NCBI GenBank assembly: GCA_001275005.1
Contig: JWZX01003144.1
Span: forward strand, 1 to 34,687
Reading direction: 5' to 3'
Source of the DNA: Chrysochromulina tobinii
Lineage: Eukaryota
DNA: 34,687 nt
The position numbers and the translations under genes were made by a program. The stretch's first letter is position 1. Each line of letters opens with the position of its first letter. The notes under the pieces are model-generated. The model had not been told where the DNA came from, made no database searches, and was given only the letters and a program-made list of their open reading frames with translations. Positions 10,599 to 21,000 of the stretch are shown here, piece after piece.

Positions 10599-11239
10599 CT
10601 GCGGAGGTATGCTGTGCCCAGCAAGTAGCATGCAGCCAGTTTGAGACCACTTCTACACATGAGCAGGCTGAGCAAGTGCATGTGAGCTCTCATGTCGGTC
10701 GAGAAGTGGCACTACACCCACCTATAACCCACCTACACATGACTAGCAAGTGGTCCCGGCGAGACCTGCGCGGGCCGCGGGGGCGCCACAAGGCCCTGTT
10801 GCTTGGAGCCCTATGGTCGTCCCGTCCTTGGTGTGCGTAGTGCGTGAAGGACGGTGGTCTCGTGATTTCCGCGTGGTGTTTCCTGTGGGGTGGATGGTGT
10901 TTCCCGGGCGCCCCCGGCCCGCCGTGACGCGCGTATGCCGTATCGGCCTCGCCCCTCGCGTGGACGGAATGATTGTGGTGTGGCAATGGGCGCGTCATGG
11001 GCGCGTGTGTGTGACCCGCGAAACAATTGAGTAGCCCCGCCCCCGAGAGAGAGCGCGAGAGCGTAGAGACCGGGTGTGATACTTGAAAGTGTAGGAACCT
11101 ACCGATGACACTTGTGTGGACCGACGACCGAGAGGGCGGCGGTTGAGCCGTCGAGACGGAGGTGTGGTTTTGAAAGGAGAGTATGCGCCCGTATGAATAG
11201 TCGGCGACGTGGACAGCCGACACGTAACGGCAGAATCCC

Positions 11240-13600
11240 ATGAAGCGTCACGCCGACGCCGACGACGAGCCGTCTGACGACGAGGCGGAATGCAGTCAGC
11301 CGCTGCTGCGCGCGAGTGCAAACGGTGATATCGCCGAGGTGGAACGACTTCTGGCTTCGGGCGCGCCTGCATACTCCTTTAGCGAAGACGACGGTGTCTC
11401 TGCACTGATGCTTGCAGCCGGCGGTGGCCACGGCGCCGTTGTCGAGAAGTTGCTCGCATCCGGCGCACCATGGAACGCAATCGATCGTCGCGGCAGATGC
11501 GCGGGCAACCATGCCCTTGATGCTGGCCATCAGCTGATCGTCGACCAGCTAGTTGAAGCCGCTGTTCGCGCCGAGCTGCTGCTCTCAGCGGCTGACCGTG
11601 TTGAGCAGCATCGGCGCGCTGCGAGCGCTACGGCAGCCGCGTCGGAGGATGAGAGTGCCGAGTACCTGTCCCGGAGTGTGCGCTACGATGGCGAGCGGCT
11701 GCTCGACGAGGCCAACGACGCCGTGATGATGGAGTGGGAGCGCCCGCTGATGGAGGCGCACGCAGCGCGCTTGTGCGCGACCGGTGGCGACGTGCTCAAC
11801 GTGGGCTTCGGCATGGGCATCATCGACGGGCTGATCGCAGCGCGTGCGCCGCGCTCGCACACCATCATGGAGGCGCACCCGGCCGTGCTCGAGCGCATGC
11901 GCGCCGACGGCTGGGCAGAGCGGCCCGGTGTCCGAATCCTCGGTGGCCGTTGGCAGCAAACGCTGCCAGTGCTCCTCGCGGAGGGCATGCAATTCGATGG
12001 CATCTTCTTCGACACGTACGGCGAGCACAATAGCGACATGGCCGAGTTCCACGCGGCGCTGCCGCGCCTCCTAAGGCCGGGCGGTCTCTATTCGTTCTTC
12101 AACGGCATGTGCCCCTTCAACTTCTTCTTCCAAGGGGTGGCCTGCTCGGTTGTCCAGCGCGAGCTACGGGCGATTGGGCTTCGGACGACCTTCGAGCCTC
12201 TTGCGATCGCGTCGCCCGACGCGCAGTGGGAAGGCGTGCGCCGGCGCTACTTCCAAGCCGATACGTACTACCTGCCGCAAGCCGTGTTCGTCGGCGTCGA
12301 GGCCGCGGCCGCAGACGCCGACGACGACGCCAACGCTCTCGCCCTCTCCAGCGCGGCGAATGTCATGTCCATCGTCGACAACGGCGCGGGCGCCGCAGCA
12401 CAGCTGATTGCGCTCAACGCGCCGCTGATGTACTGGCTGTCTCAGAGCCTCCGGCCCGGCGCCGACGAGGCGACACGCTCGATGTTACGAGAGCACCTGC
12501 TGCCGCACCTTGCGGCTGCGGGGTGGGCGTTGCTGGCTCCGCTGGAGGCTCTCTGGGCGGCGATGGACGCTGATGTGTCGGCGGCACGCCGGCTGCACGG
12601 GTGGGCGGAGCCATTGGCCGCCGGTCTGGACGCCAACAGTGCCGCGGTCGTGCACGAGGTCGTGCGTCGAGCCGTTGACGGCGAGGACGATGGTGACGGC
12701 GACCAGGAGCTCCAGCTGGCGATCCTACCCAACCCCCTGGCTGGCACCGAAGCAAGCGCGGTCGGCGCGAGCGGCGCGCCGAGCGGCACAGCGAGCGGCG
12801 CAGCGAGCGGCGCGGTCGGCGCGGTTGGCGCGAGCGCCGTGGCGAACGGCCGTGACGGCGGCAAGGACAGCGCTCAGCACATGTATGCGAGCGCGCGCGA
12901 GGTCTGGGAGGAGCGGCATCTCGGCACAGGCACAGAGAGCTCTGAGGATCAGTGGTACGCTGTGAGCGAGCAGTACTGGGCCGGCGTGCGCGCGGACGTT
13001 CCAGGCATGCTCGGCGGAATGGGCTTCGTGCACCCAGCGGACGTGGCTGCTTCTCTTGCGCTGCTCGATACGCTCCGCGCCACGGCGGAGGCGTCGCTAC
13101 CCCAGGGCGTCGCACTGGACTGTGGTGCAGGTATTGGGCGAGTCGCTGCCTCAGTGCTCCTCGAGCGCTTCGAAGCGGTCGAGTTGGTTGAGCCGAACGG
13201 CGCCTTTCTCGCTGCCGCGCGCAACGTGCTGCCCCCGGCGCGCGTGCGCGCGCTGCACGAGTGCCCACTGCAGCGCTTTGTGCCGCCTGAAGGGAGCTTG
13301 TACGCGGCCGTGTGGGTGCAGTGGGTCCTCATCTTCCTAACCGATGACGACCTGGTGAGCTTCCTGTCGCGCTGCGCCCGAGCGCTGCAGCCCGGCGGTT
13401 GGGTCATCGTCAAGGAGAGTGTGGCCCGCGAGGCGAACGGCTTCTACGTAGATCGGTCGGACGCGTCGATCACGCGCACGGACAGGCACTTCCGCCGCCT
13501 CTTTGACGCAGCGGGGCTGCGCGTCGCGCACGCTGAGATGCAGCCCGGCCTGCCGCGTGTCGTCTTTCCCGTGTGCATGTATGGCCTCCGACCGGCATGA
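11240..13600 (+). CDS. Fusion of ankyrin + Rmt2-type arginine N-methyltransferase + Ntm1/NTMT1-type alpha-N-terminal methyltransferase, 786 aa
   Basis: Single ORF. Rmt2 part: ANK repeats ending GAPWN, AVMMEWERPLM, VLNVGFGMGIID, EAHP, FDGIFFDTY, YSFFNG, RRYF..DTYYLP. Ntm1 part: WY..YW..GMLGG, ALDCGAGIGRV, VELVEP, VWVQWV..LTDDD, VKE, D.SITR, FPV.MYGL. Confidence 0.9.
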   Translation: MKRHADADDEPSDDEAECSQPLLRASANGDIAEVERLLASGAPAYSFSEDDGVSALMLAAGGGHGAVVEKLLASGAPWNAIDRRGRCAGNHALDAGHQLIVDQLVEAAVRAELLLSAADRVEQHRRAASATAAASEDESAEYLSRSVRYDGERLLDEANDAVMMEWERPLMEAHAARLCATGGDVLNVGFGMGIIDGLIAARAPRSHTIMEAHPAVLERMRADGWAERPGVRILGGRWQQTLPVLLAEGMQFDGIFFDTYGEHNSDMAEFHAALPRLLRPGGLYSFFNGMCPFNFFFQGVACSVVQRELRAIGLRTTFEPLAIASPDAQWEGVRRRYFQADTYYLPQAVFVGVEAAAADADDDANALALSSAANVMSIVDNGAGAAAQLIALNAPLMYWLSQSLRPGADEATRSMLREHLLPHLAAAGWALLAPLEALWAAMDADVSAARRLHGWAEPLAAGLDANSAAVVHEVVRRAVDGEDDGDGDQELQLAILPNPLAGTEASAVGASGAPSGTASGAASGAVGAVGASAVANGRDGGKDSAQHMYASAREVWEERHLGTGTESSEDQWYAVSEQYWAGVRADVPGMLGGMGFVHPADVAASLALLDTLRATAEASLPQGVALDCGAGIGRVAASVLLERFEAVELVEPNGAFLAAARNVLPPARVRALHECPLQRFVPPEGSLYAAVWVQWVLIFLTDDDLVSFLSRCARALQPGGWVIVKESVAREANGFYVDRSDASITRTDRHFRRLFDAAGLRVAHAEMQPGLPRVVFPVCMYGLRPA

Positions 13601-13865
13601 GGGGCGATGCCGAACAAGACAGTTCGGCCTGCGGGGCAGGACCGGATGCGGTGGGATCACTGTGTCTGTGAAACGAGAGTCGAGTACTCTCAAAATCTCT
13701 GTGAAGATGCGACTGTGTACGAGTGTTGCTGTGAACTTAACCATCAAGCGTCACACCTCACATCCGATCCGGTCGCGCGCGAGTCGGGGGGATGCTCTCG
13801 CCTACGCTAGTCGCTACACATCGCGTACCAGTGTGTGGGTCCAGTACCACGCGGGCCAGTTGTAC

Positions 13866-13917
13866 CACACTGGACTAACAGACCGCCAGTACGCACACTG
13901 GACTACCAGACCGCCAG
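13866..13917. repeat. 24-nt direct repeat, 28-nt period, between convergent genes
   Basis: CACACTGGACTA(A/C)CAGACCGCCAG at 13866 and 13894. Confidence 0.8.
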
Positions 13918-14024
13918 CCGAGCCAGACGCCTTACATGTAGGCTTCCCTCACTGCCACCACGCCCGTAAATCTCAGCGGCGTCGTCGGGGGATGTGGAAT
14001 GAATGTAGCCGTCGAACGACTAAA

Positions 14025-14834
14025 TCAATGTGGTGCCACTGATTCAATATGATCTGCCAAGCGATTCACCATGTCGTCGTACTTATGATACACGGTGCCA
14101 AACAAATGGTCGTATAGAGTCGTAAAGCCACCGTAATTGCAGCCGACCTTGTGATGGTGGACCTCGTGGAATTGAGAGGACAGGTACCACTTACTGAGCC
14201 ATCTTTTGTCCCACCATGTGGGCACTATCTGGATGCCGGCGTGCACGAACACGGTATTCAAAATGCCGTACAGCTGGCAGACCATGATGATGCGTTGGTC
14301 GAACCGGAGGCAGTGGGCAAGGAACGGATTGAACCCTCCGGTCACCACTCCTTCGAACCAATGGAACGAAAAGCCGGTTGATGGGTAGCAAACGTGGCTA
14401 TCATGATGCACCTTGTGAATCTTCCAGCCCCAGCTGGAATGAAAAAAGAAACGGTGAAGAAAGTAGTAGTAGCAATCAAAGAGAACGAAATAGATCAAAT
14501 ACTGACGGGTGATCAGACTCCAGTCGATGGGGGTGCTGACCGGTAGTGCCTCAAGGACCTGCATCTCGACGAGAGCCTTCTCCAAGATCACAGTGCCCAA
14601 GCCACCAACTGCAACTTGCATGGCGTTCTTCCACTCTCGGCCTAACTGCTCGTCCATTGCAAAGAGTGTAGAGAACGTCACGGACGCATGAGACTGCAGG
14701 TCATACCGGATCCTTCTCGATTGAAGCAATGGGTAGCATACCGTGTGCAGGACGTATGTTGGGATGAAGAAAAGGACCGAATTGGCTATGAAGGCACCAA
14801 TCAGTCCGGCAGGCAAACCTTGAATGGCGTCCAT
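14025..14834 (-). CDS. Fatty acid hydroxylase / sterol desaturase superfamily protein (ERG3-like), about 269 aa
   Basis: His boxes YYFLHRFFFH, IHKVHH and FHEVHH, plus FSFHWFE, HAG and NYG..TTLYDHLFGT. Start assigned to MDAIQ at 14834. Confidence 0.88.
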   Translation of the reverse strand: MDAIQGLPAGLIGAFIANSVLFFIPTYVLHTVCYPLLQSRRIRYDLQSHASVTFSTLFAMDEQLGREWKNAMQVAVGGLGTVILEKALVEMQVLEALPVSTPIDWSLITRQYLIYFVLFDCYYYFLHRFFFHSSWGWKIHKVHHDSHVCYPSTGFSFHWFEGVVTGGFNPFLAHCLRFDQRIIMVCQLYGILNTVFVHAGIQIVPTWWDKRWLSKWYLSSQFHEVHHHKVGCNYGGFTTLYDHLFGTVYHKYDDMVNRLADHIESVAPH

Positions 14835-15225
14835 TGGGGGATGGCGGCGGGGGATCGCGGCGAACCGCGACTCAGGAACGACTCGCGCGTGTGCGCACCG
14901 AAGCTCAACACGCCGAAAGTCGCGGGGGGTGTGTGCTACACCACCGAAGTATGAATACATTGTACACAGAAAAGCACCGGGGGCCGGGACTCACTGGGGA
15001 CACACGGGCGCACACGGGCACACGGATCACACGGACGAACCTCACAACCATCCAAACCCAGATGAATAGATTCCTACCAGGTCGGTGGCTCCAACCAACC
15101 CAAAGAGACAGACCAAGTCAAAGTCATCACACTGTGAGGGGTTCCCTCACACTGTGACGCACGCTAGCTGCAGCTAGCAGCCTGCTGTTCAACACAACGC
15201 GCGTGCTCGCTAGCGTGCGCTTGCC

Positions 15226-16065
15226 ATGGCGCGCGTACAGTCTATTTACTTTTCGCGCGATTCCACCCATTACTTGTACGACATGCCGTCGCCGCGTCAG
15301 GCGGTGCCGGTTGACGACGAAGATGACGACGAGGACCTCCGCGCCGCAGTAGCCGAGGCGCTCGCCACGAAGCGCGTCGTGGACATTCCACAGGCCAGAG
15401 GCTGGTCCACTCCGACCTTTGCATGCCACCGAAATATGAGCTCGTGCATCCCGTCTTGCTGCTGCCCGTGCATCCAGTTCGGCCTTAACCAGCGCATGGC
15501 CTTTGGCGCGAGCGCCGTCAAGTGGACGGTGCTGTGGCTTCTGCCGCTCTTCCTGCTGTACGCGCTGGTCAACCACTTGGTTCCTCCAACGGCAGCCGAA
15601 CACGCGAACCGTAATCCCATGACCATGTCGGTGGCGGACGCGATCGTGAGCAACGTCGAGCAGAAGATGGGCAAGGGGCACCCGCAGCAGGGCGGACTTG
15701 CTGCGCACACGCCGTCGTCGCACGGCAAAGCTGGCGGCCATCACCCTCGGCCATCACCACCATTCTCGTCCCCTTCGGCTGAAGTCGGCGCGGGTGTTTT
15801 GTCGGCGCCCGCGGAGGGCATGAGCCGCTCGACGGCCTACTCGTATGCGCTGCCCTTTGCGATGATGCTCATCGGTGCCGTGGGCGCCTGGCGGCGCGGG
15901 CTGCTTCGCGAAAAGTATGGCATAGGCGGCTCGGCGCTCAGCGACTTTGTGTGCCACGCCGCGTGCTGCTGCTGCTCGATCGCAAAGGAGGCGCGCGAGA
16001 TCCGCCACCAGGCCATCGAGGAGGCGCTCGCCGGCGCCGAGCAAGATCTAAGCGGCGACCCGTGA
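15226..16065 (+). CDS. PLAC8-family cysteine-rich protein, 279 aa
   Basis: GWSTPTFAC..SC..SCCCPCIQFG at the N side and RRGLLREKYGIGGS..SDFVCHAACCCCSIAKEAREI at the C side. Confidence 0.88.
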   Translation: MARVQSIYFSRDSTHYLYDMPSPRQAVPVDDEDDDEDLRAAVAEALATKRVVDIPQARGWSTPTFACHRNMSSCIPSCCCPCIQFGLNQRMAFGASAVKWTVLWLLPLFLLYALVNHLVPPTAAEHANRNPMTMSVADAIVSNVEQKMGKGHPQQGGLAAHTPSSHGKAGGHHPRPSPPFSSPSAEVGAGVLSAPAEGMSRSTAYSYALPFAMMLIGAVGAWRRGLLREKYGIGGSALSDFVCHAACCCCSIAKEAREIRHQAIEEALAGAEQDLSGDP

Positions 16066-17222
16066 ATAGTGGGCCTGCTGCGGTGGCAGCGCGCCCGCAG
16101 GCAGGGCGTGGAGGGCGTGCGCGGTTCGGTCGCGCGGCGACGACGCTGTGGGCCACACTGTGGGGCGCGACAATGTGGTAAAACGTGCAGTGCTCGCACT
16201 GGACCAATACGGTGTCGGTGAGTCGGTGGCAGGGTTAAGACGTAGGAAGTGTGCATTCGAATCGAATGGGTATAAATAATGGCTTAGACCGTTCTGGACC
16301 CCCAACCGGCAACCCGGCGCACCCAATGCGCGCACCCGACCATCCGATGATCGGATGGTCACCATGTGCCCGCGGCCGCCCCCGGCGCCCGCGCGCACAT
16401 AAGGCCCCTTGAAGGCCCCACAAATTTCAAGCCACTAACCACGTGACCTCTCCACTGCACCCGGCCCGCACCACCCACTCCAGCACGCGCTGGCACCACA
16501 CGGCGCACGGGGGGTGTCGGCTGTCGCTGTCGGTCGCGTCCACCGGGTCCACGCCGCTCCGAGACGCGTCTTGTTCCGACGTGTTGCTCTGTGCGACCGT
16601 GCTGCGCCATCTCTCATGCTGATATTAGGGATGTTTTGAAATAGTTTTGGGATAATGCGATAATCATGTTGAAGTTATCAAACAGCCCCGACGGGAGCCG
16701 GCCACGTACCGGGCTCCACCCAGACGAACCGGAGCGAACAGACCCGACCCCCGGACCGCGCCGGAGACCCGGGTGCGAGCTGTACCCCCCCCCCACACTG
16801 ATCACTGTCACCACACGCACACTGTTGACTGTAATTGTGCCGTGTGACACGCGTGGACCCCCGACTCTGACCACAGAGAAGTACTCGGAGCGTTAACCAC
16901 CACATGTGAACCGCAAATCACCAGCAAGACCATGCGCGATTACCTGTACGGGGGGTGATCCGTCGAGACGATGACCTCTCGCTGCGTCTCCTTCGTGCTT
17001 CGAGGACCGAAGACCCAAGCAGCACCCAATCAGCACGTAGGCGTGCCCCACCCGAGTGCGGAGCCACAACCGGGAGCAGCTGCACGAGCCCAAGCACTTG
17101 CCCCTGTTCCCTCTCCTAGCGCGAGCCCTCTGCCTCCGCGCGTTCCTCCCGGAAACATCCCGGAAAAATCCCTCCCGGTGGATGAGGATGAGAGCGGCAG
17201 CAGGACGGCTAGGCAGGTGAGT

Positions 17223-17819
17223 TCACCACGGGCGCGTGCTGTTGGTCGCCTCGGCGAGGGGCATGGCGGTCGCATCGCGCCTGGCCTTCATCGCGGCGAT
17301 GCGATCGGCCGCTGTGCTGCCACCGAGCATGCTCGCCATCGAAGACTCTCCACCTGGGGCAGCGTGGACAAGCGTGGAGTTGCGGTCCTGGATGCCGTGG
17401 AACTCGGTGCGCTGGATGACGCGCTGGCCGGCGGCCATGACCCCAGGCGCGGAAGTGACCGGCGCAGCGGCCGGAGCGGGCGTCGGCTCGCTGTAGCCCT
17501 CGCCGCCGAAGATGTTGAAGCTCTGGCGGCCACCGGGCGGGGCATGAACCAGGGTTGAGGGGTGCTCGGAGATGCCCGTGTGCTCGGTGCGCACGGGCAT
17601 GCGCGCGCCAGCGGCAACAGAGACCCCGTAGGTGCCTTGCGTCGGCTGAGTCGGCGCTGCGCGTCGCTGCGGGGCAGGCGCCGGCTCAGCGCCACCGAAG
17701 ATGTTGAACGACTGCGCGCCTCCGGGTGCCGCCAGCACACGCGACGACGGGCGGTCGCTAATGAACTCGGACCTGCGTCGCATTGCAACGGGCAGTGTCG
17801 TGAGCGTGTTGTGAGTCAT
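17223..17819 (-). CDS. SPIRAL1/HN1(Jupiter)-like microtubule-associated protein with three PGG repeats, about 198 aa
   Basis: FISDRPSSRVLAAPGGAQSF, ISEHPSTLVHAPPGGRQSF and IQDRNSTLVHAAPGGESSM resemble the SPR1 C-terminal motif DRPSTKVHAAPGGGSS. Confidence 0.75.
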   Translation of the reverse strand: MTHNTLTTLPVAMRRRSEFISDRPSSRVLAAPGGAQSFNIFGGAEPAPAPQRRAAPTQPTQGTYGVSVAAGARMPVRTEHTGISEHPSTLVHAPPGGRQSFNIFGGEGYSEPTPAPAAAPVTSAPGVMAAGQRVIQRTEFHGIQDRNSTLVHAAPGGESSMASMLGGSTAADRIAAMKARRDATAMPLAEATNSTRPW

Positions 17820-18076
17820 CAAAGGGATTCTGCAGTGGTGAGGGGACGCCAGGAGGAAGGCTGGCTAGAGGCAGACGCACATTTCAAATCGTGTGGATGC
17901 TCCGGAATATCTCCCGAATTGGAAATCGCTTCCGGCAAAATATGGAAATCGCTCGTGTTACCCCACTCAGATCCCGCCGCCCGCACACGCTTGACCAGAA
18001 ACAAGACCTTCTGTACTTCTGAACTCCCGTTTTCACAGGACCTCCTGTGAATTCGGATTGTGTGCATTGTGTTCCT

Positions 18077-21000
18077 ATGCGGCGACGCCTGGATGAGCCG
18101 ATGGAGCCGGCTTCCAACGCGTCGCCAGTGGAAGTGCCGCGCGTTGCCGCCCGTGGAGCCGCGCAGCTAGTGAGCAGCACCAATGAGCCCCGCCGAAGCA
18201 TAGCCAAACCATCCATCTCGGCCGACATAATCGGCACCTCGAACACGCGCACTGACACCTTCTACCGCATCCAAGTGCGTCGCGCCGGTGGCAATTCGAG
18301 TGTGCTGCGTACGCTCGCCGACTTCCAAGCGCTCCACGCGGCATTGAAACGCGAGAGGGCACGGCCGCCGTTGCCGTGGATGCTCTCCACCTCACTCATG
18401 ACAAGCAGCCAACTCGCACGCATGACCTATCTCGGGTCGTATCTCAGCAAGCTGCTCGAGACCGACGACTGGCTCGACGCGCCCGCGCTCCAAGAGTTTC
18501 TGGAGCTTCCCAGTCAGCAGCTTGCACGGTCCTCGCGGTACGGTGGCGAGACCGTGTTGGGCACCGGCGACGCGCCGACGGCACTCGCCTCACCGCCCCG
18601 CAGCGCAAGCACTGATCATCCACATCCAAAGCTGCATCCCAAGCTGGCGCGGCCACCTCCGGTGCTGCCAACGCCCTCGGCGCTGCTCGCGCTCTTGCAG
18701 GAGTGCGCGGCCGCCCTCGAGGCCGCCGAGCTTGCCAACGACGGCGCGCCACCGGCCGTTGGCAGCAGCCAGGGTTCGTCAGGGTTCGTCAGGGTTCGAT
18801 CCGCGCCACCGGCCGTTGGCGGAGGCGTCGAGGTGACGAAAGGTGATCACGCGGCTCTGACTCCGCAGCTGCTGATATGCTCATGCAGCGCGCCTGGGCG
18901 GCTGGCTGCGGCTGCGGACGCCGAGTGGTTGGCAACCTGCTTGTCGCGGGCCATGCGCTCGAGCGGCACACTTCTCGTCGCGCCGATGGCTGACGTGTAC
19001 GACGGCGCCGCCGAGCCGTTTGCGGCAATGGCGGAGGCTGGCGTGGCTGTGAATGGCGTGGCTGTGAATGGCGTGGCTGCTGGCGCTCACGCCGCCTGCC
19101 CTCCGCCGCCGCTGTGGATGCACACCACGATCTCAGGCCTGACGATGCGTGCCGACCTCTCCGCTGCCGCCCCGCCTCCAGAGGCAGCCGATAGTCCAGT
19201 GAACTGCAGAGACTCCGCGAGAACGCTCACTGTGGCTCGCCATTCACAGTGCCATTCACAGTGCCACTCACAGTGCCCCTCTGCATCAGTGGCGCTGCCG
19301 GCCGCGACGGCGGCGTCGGCGTCACTCGCTGTGCACGTGAGGGCTGACTTTGCCTGGGCGTTGCAGGCCGCGCTCTACAGCCGGCGCGTGACAGCGCTTG
19401 CGGCGGGCAAGGCGCACGTCCTCGCGCTCTGTGCGGGCGCAGCGGCCGAAGTGCTCAGCTGGGGCAGTGGCCAACATGGGCAGCTTGGGCACGGCACGCG
19501 CACCTCGGAGCTCTTCCCTCGACCGCTCAACAAGTTGAGTGCTCTCGGCCCGCTCGCGCTCTCGTGCGGCGCGCACCATTCGCTCGTGCTCACGCGTGCC
19601 GGCGTCACGTACGCATTTGGTGACGGCGCTCACGGCCAGCTGGGTACTGGCCAGCTGGGTACTGGGACGCTCACGCCAGTGGAAGTCGTGTGGCGTGAGG
19701 CGTTGTCGTCTACTGTCGGGCAGGTGCACGCCGCACTCGTGCACGCAATCGCCGCTGGCCACGAGTACTCGATCCTCATTGATGACCTCTGATTGCCTAT
19801 TATGACCTCCGATGGCCTCCCTCATCAGGTGCACGCAATCGCCGCTGGCCACGAGCACTCGATCCTCATCGACGACAAGGGCGTCGCGCGCGCCTTTGGT
19901 GCCGGCGGCAGCGGCCGGCTGGGAACCGGGCTCGACAGCGACGAGCCTCGGCCGGTGGCCCTCGCGTCCCTCCGCGGCATCCCGATTGCATGCGCGGCCG
20001 CAGGCGCGGCGCATTCGGCCTTTGTCGACATGGATGGTCGCCTCTTTACATGCGGCGCGAATGCGAGTGGCGAGTTGGGTCTGGGCGACCGTGTCGCACG
20101 CCATTGGCCCACTCTGGTGCCATTCACGGCGTTTGAGCGCCAACGAGTGATGGCAGTCCATACGGGCGGTCAGCTGACACTGTGCCAGCTTGCCGATGGT
20201 CGATTGGTGGCGCTCACGGCGGCCGAGGGCGCAGCGATGGTCTGCTTGTATCCGAGCGGCCAGCTGGGCGCGGATGAGCAGCCGAAGATGTCCGCCCTAC
20301 GTATGATCGCGGCCAGCTGCAGCTTTGACGGGCACGCGATTGCGGTCCTCTTCGAAGAGACTCGTGCCGTTGACCCTATTTTGGAAGGTGGTGCATTCGG
20401 CCCTCGTCGTGTTGAGCATTTGCATGCGTGCCCTCACCCAGTCGTGTCCAGTCTGGTTGCTGCTGCGGTCTCGGCCTCGACTGCTGCTGCTTCGACCTCG
20501 CCGACCGCCGGCTTCAACTCACCTGCCACTCCCCACAAGATAGCCCTGTTGCAGTCGCCGGCGACGCAGCGCGGGACGCCCCAGCCGCTACCGGTACCGG
20601 TGGCGGTGAACACCTCGACGAGCAACTTACCACCCGCGCCGCCCGTGCCGCCCGCTTTGCCGATGACACCGCCCGCGCCAGTCGGCCGTGGTCGCCTTTC
20701 GGCGTCCTTACTAGAAGGCTACTTTGAGAGTCCAAGGCCGTCTCCGCCGTCGCCTCCGCCCCCGCCCGTGGCCCCGCCTGTGGCCCCGCCTCCGCCCCCG
20801 CCCGTGGCTCCGCCTGTGGCCCCGCCTGTGGCCCCGCCTGTGGCCGCGTCTGCCATCAGGGGCAGCAGGGCCAACGAGGGCGCTGAGGGCGACAATGGCG
20901 ACGAGGACGATGAGGATGACGAGGACGAGCTGGCGTTGTGGGACTCGACGAGAACGTTGAAGGAGGGCCTACTGCAACTGGAGCTCGGCTGGCTGCGTGG

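Noticed and set aside
17914..17953. CCGA(A/T)TTGGAAA shared by two divergent promoters (17914 and 26118), and a repeated TGGAAATCGCT
   Set aside because: Only two instances of a short motif; cannot be distinguished from chance without genome-wide enrichment.
18770..18799. CAGGGTTCGT repeats as interstitial telomeric sequence
   Set aside because: The 10-nt unit does not match TTAGGG or TTTAGGG periodicity and there are only three copies.
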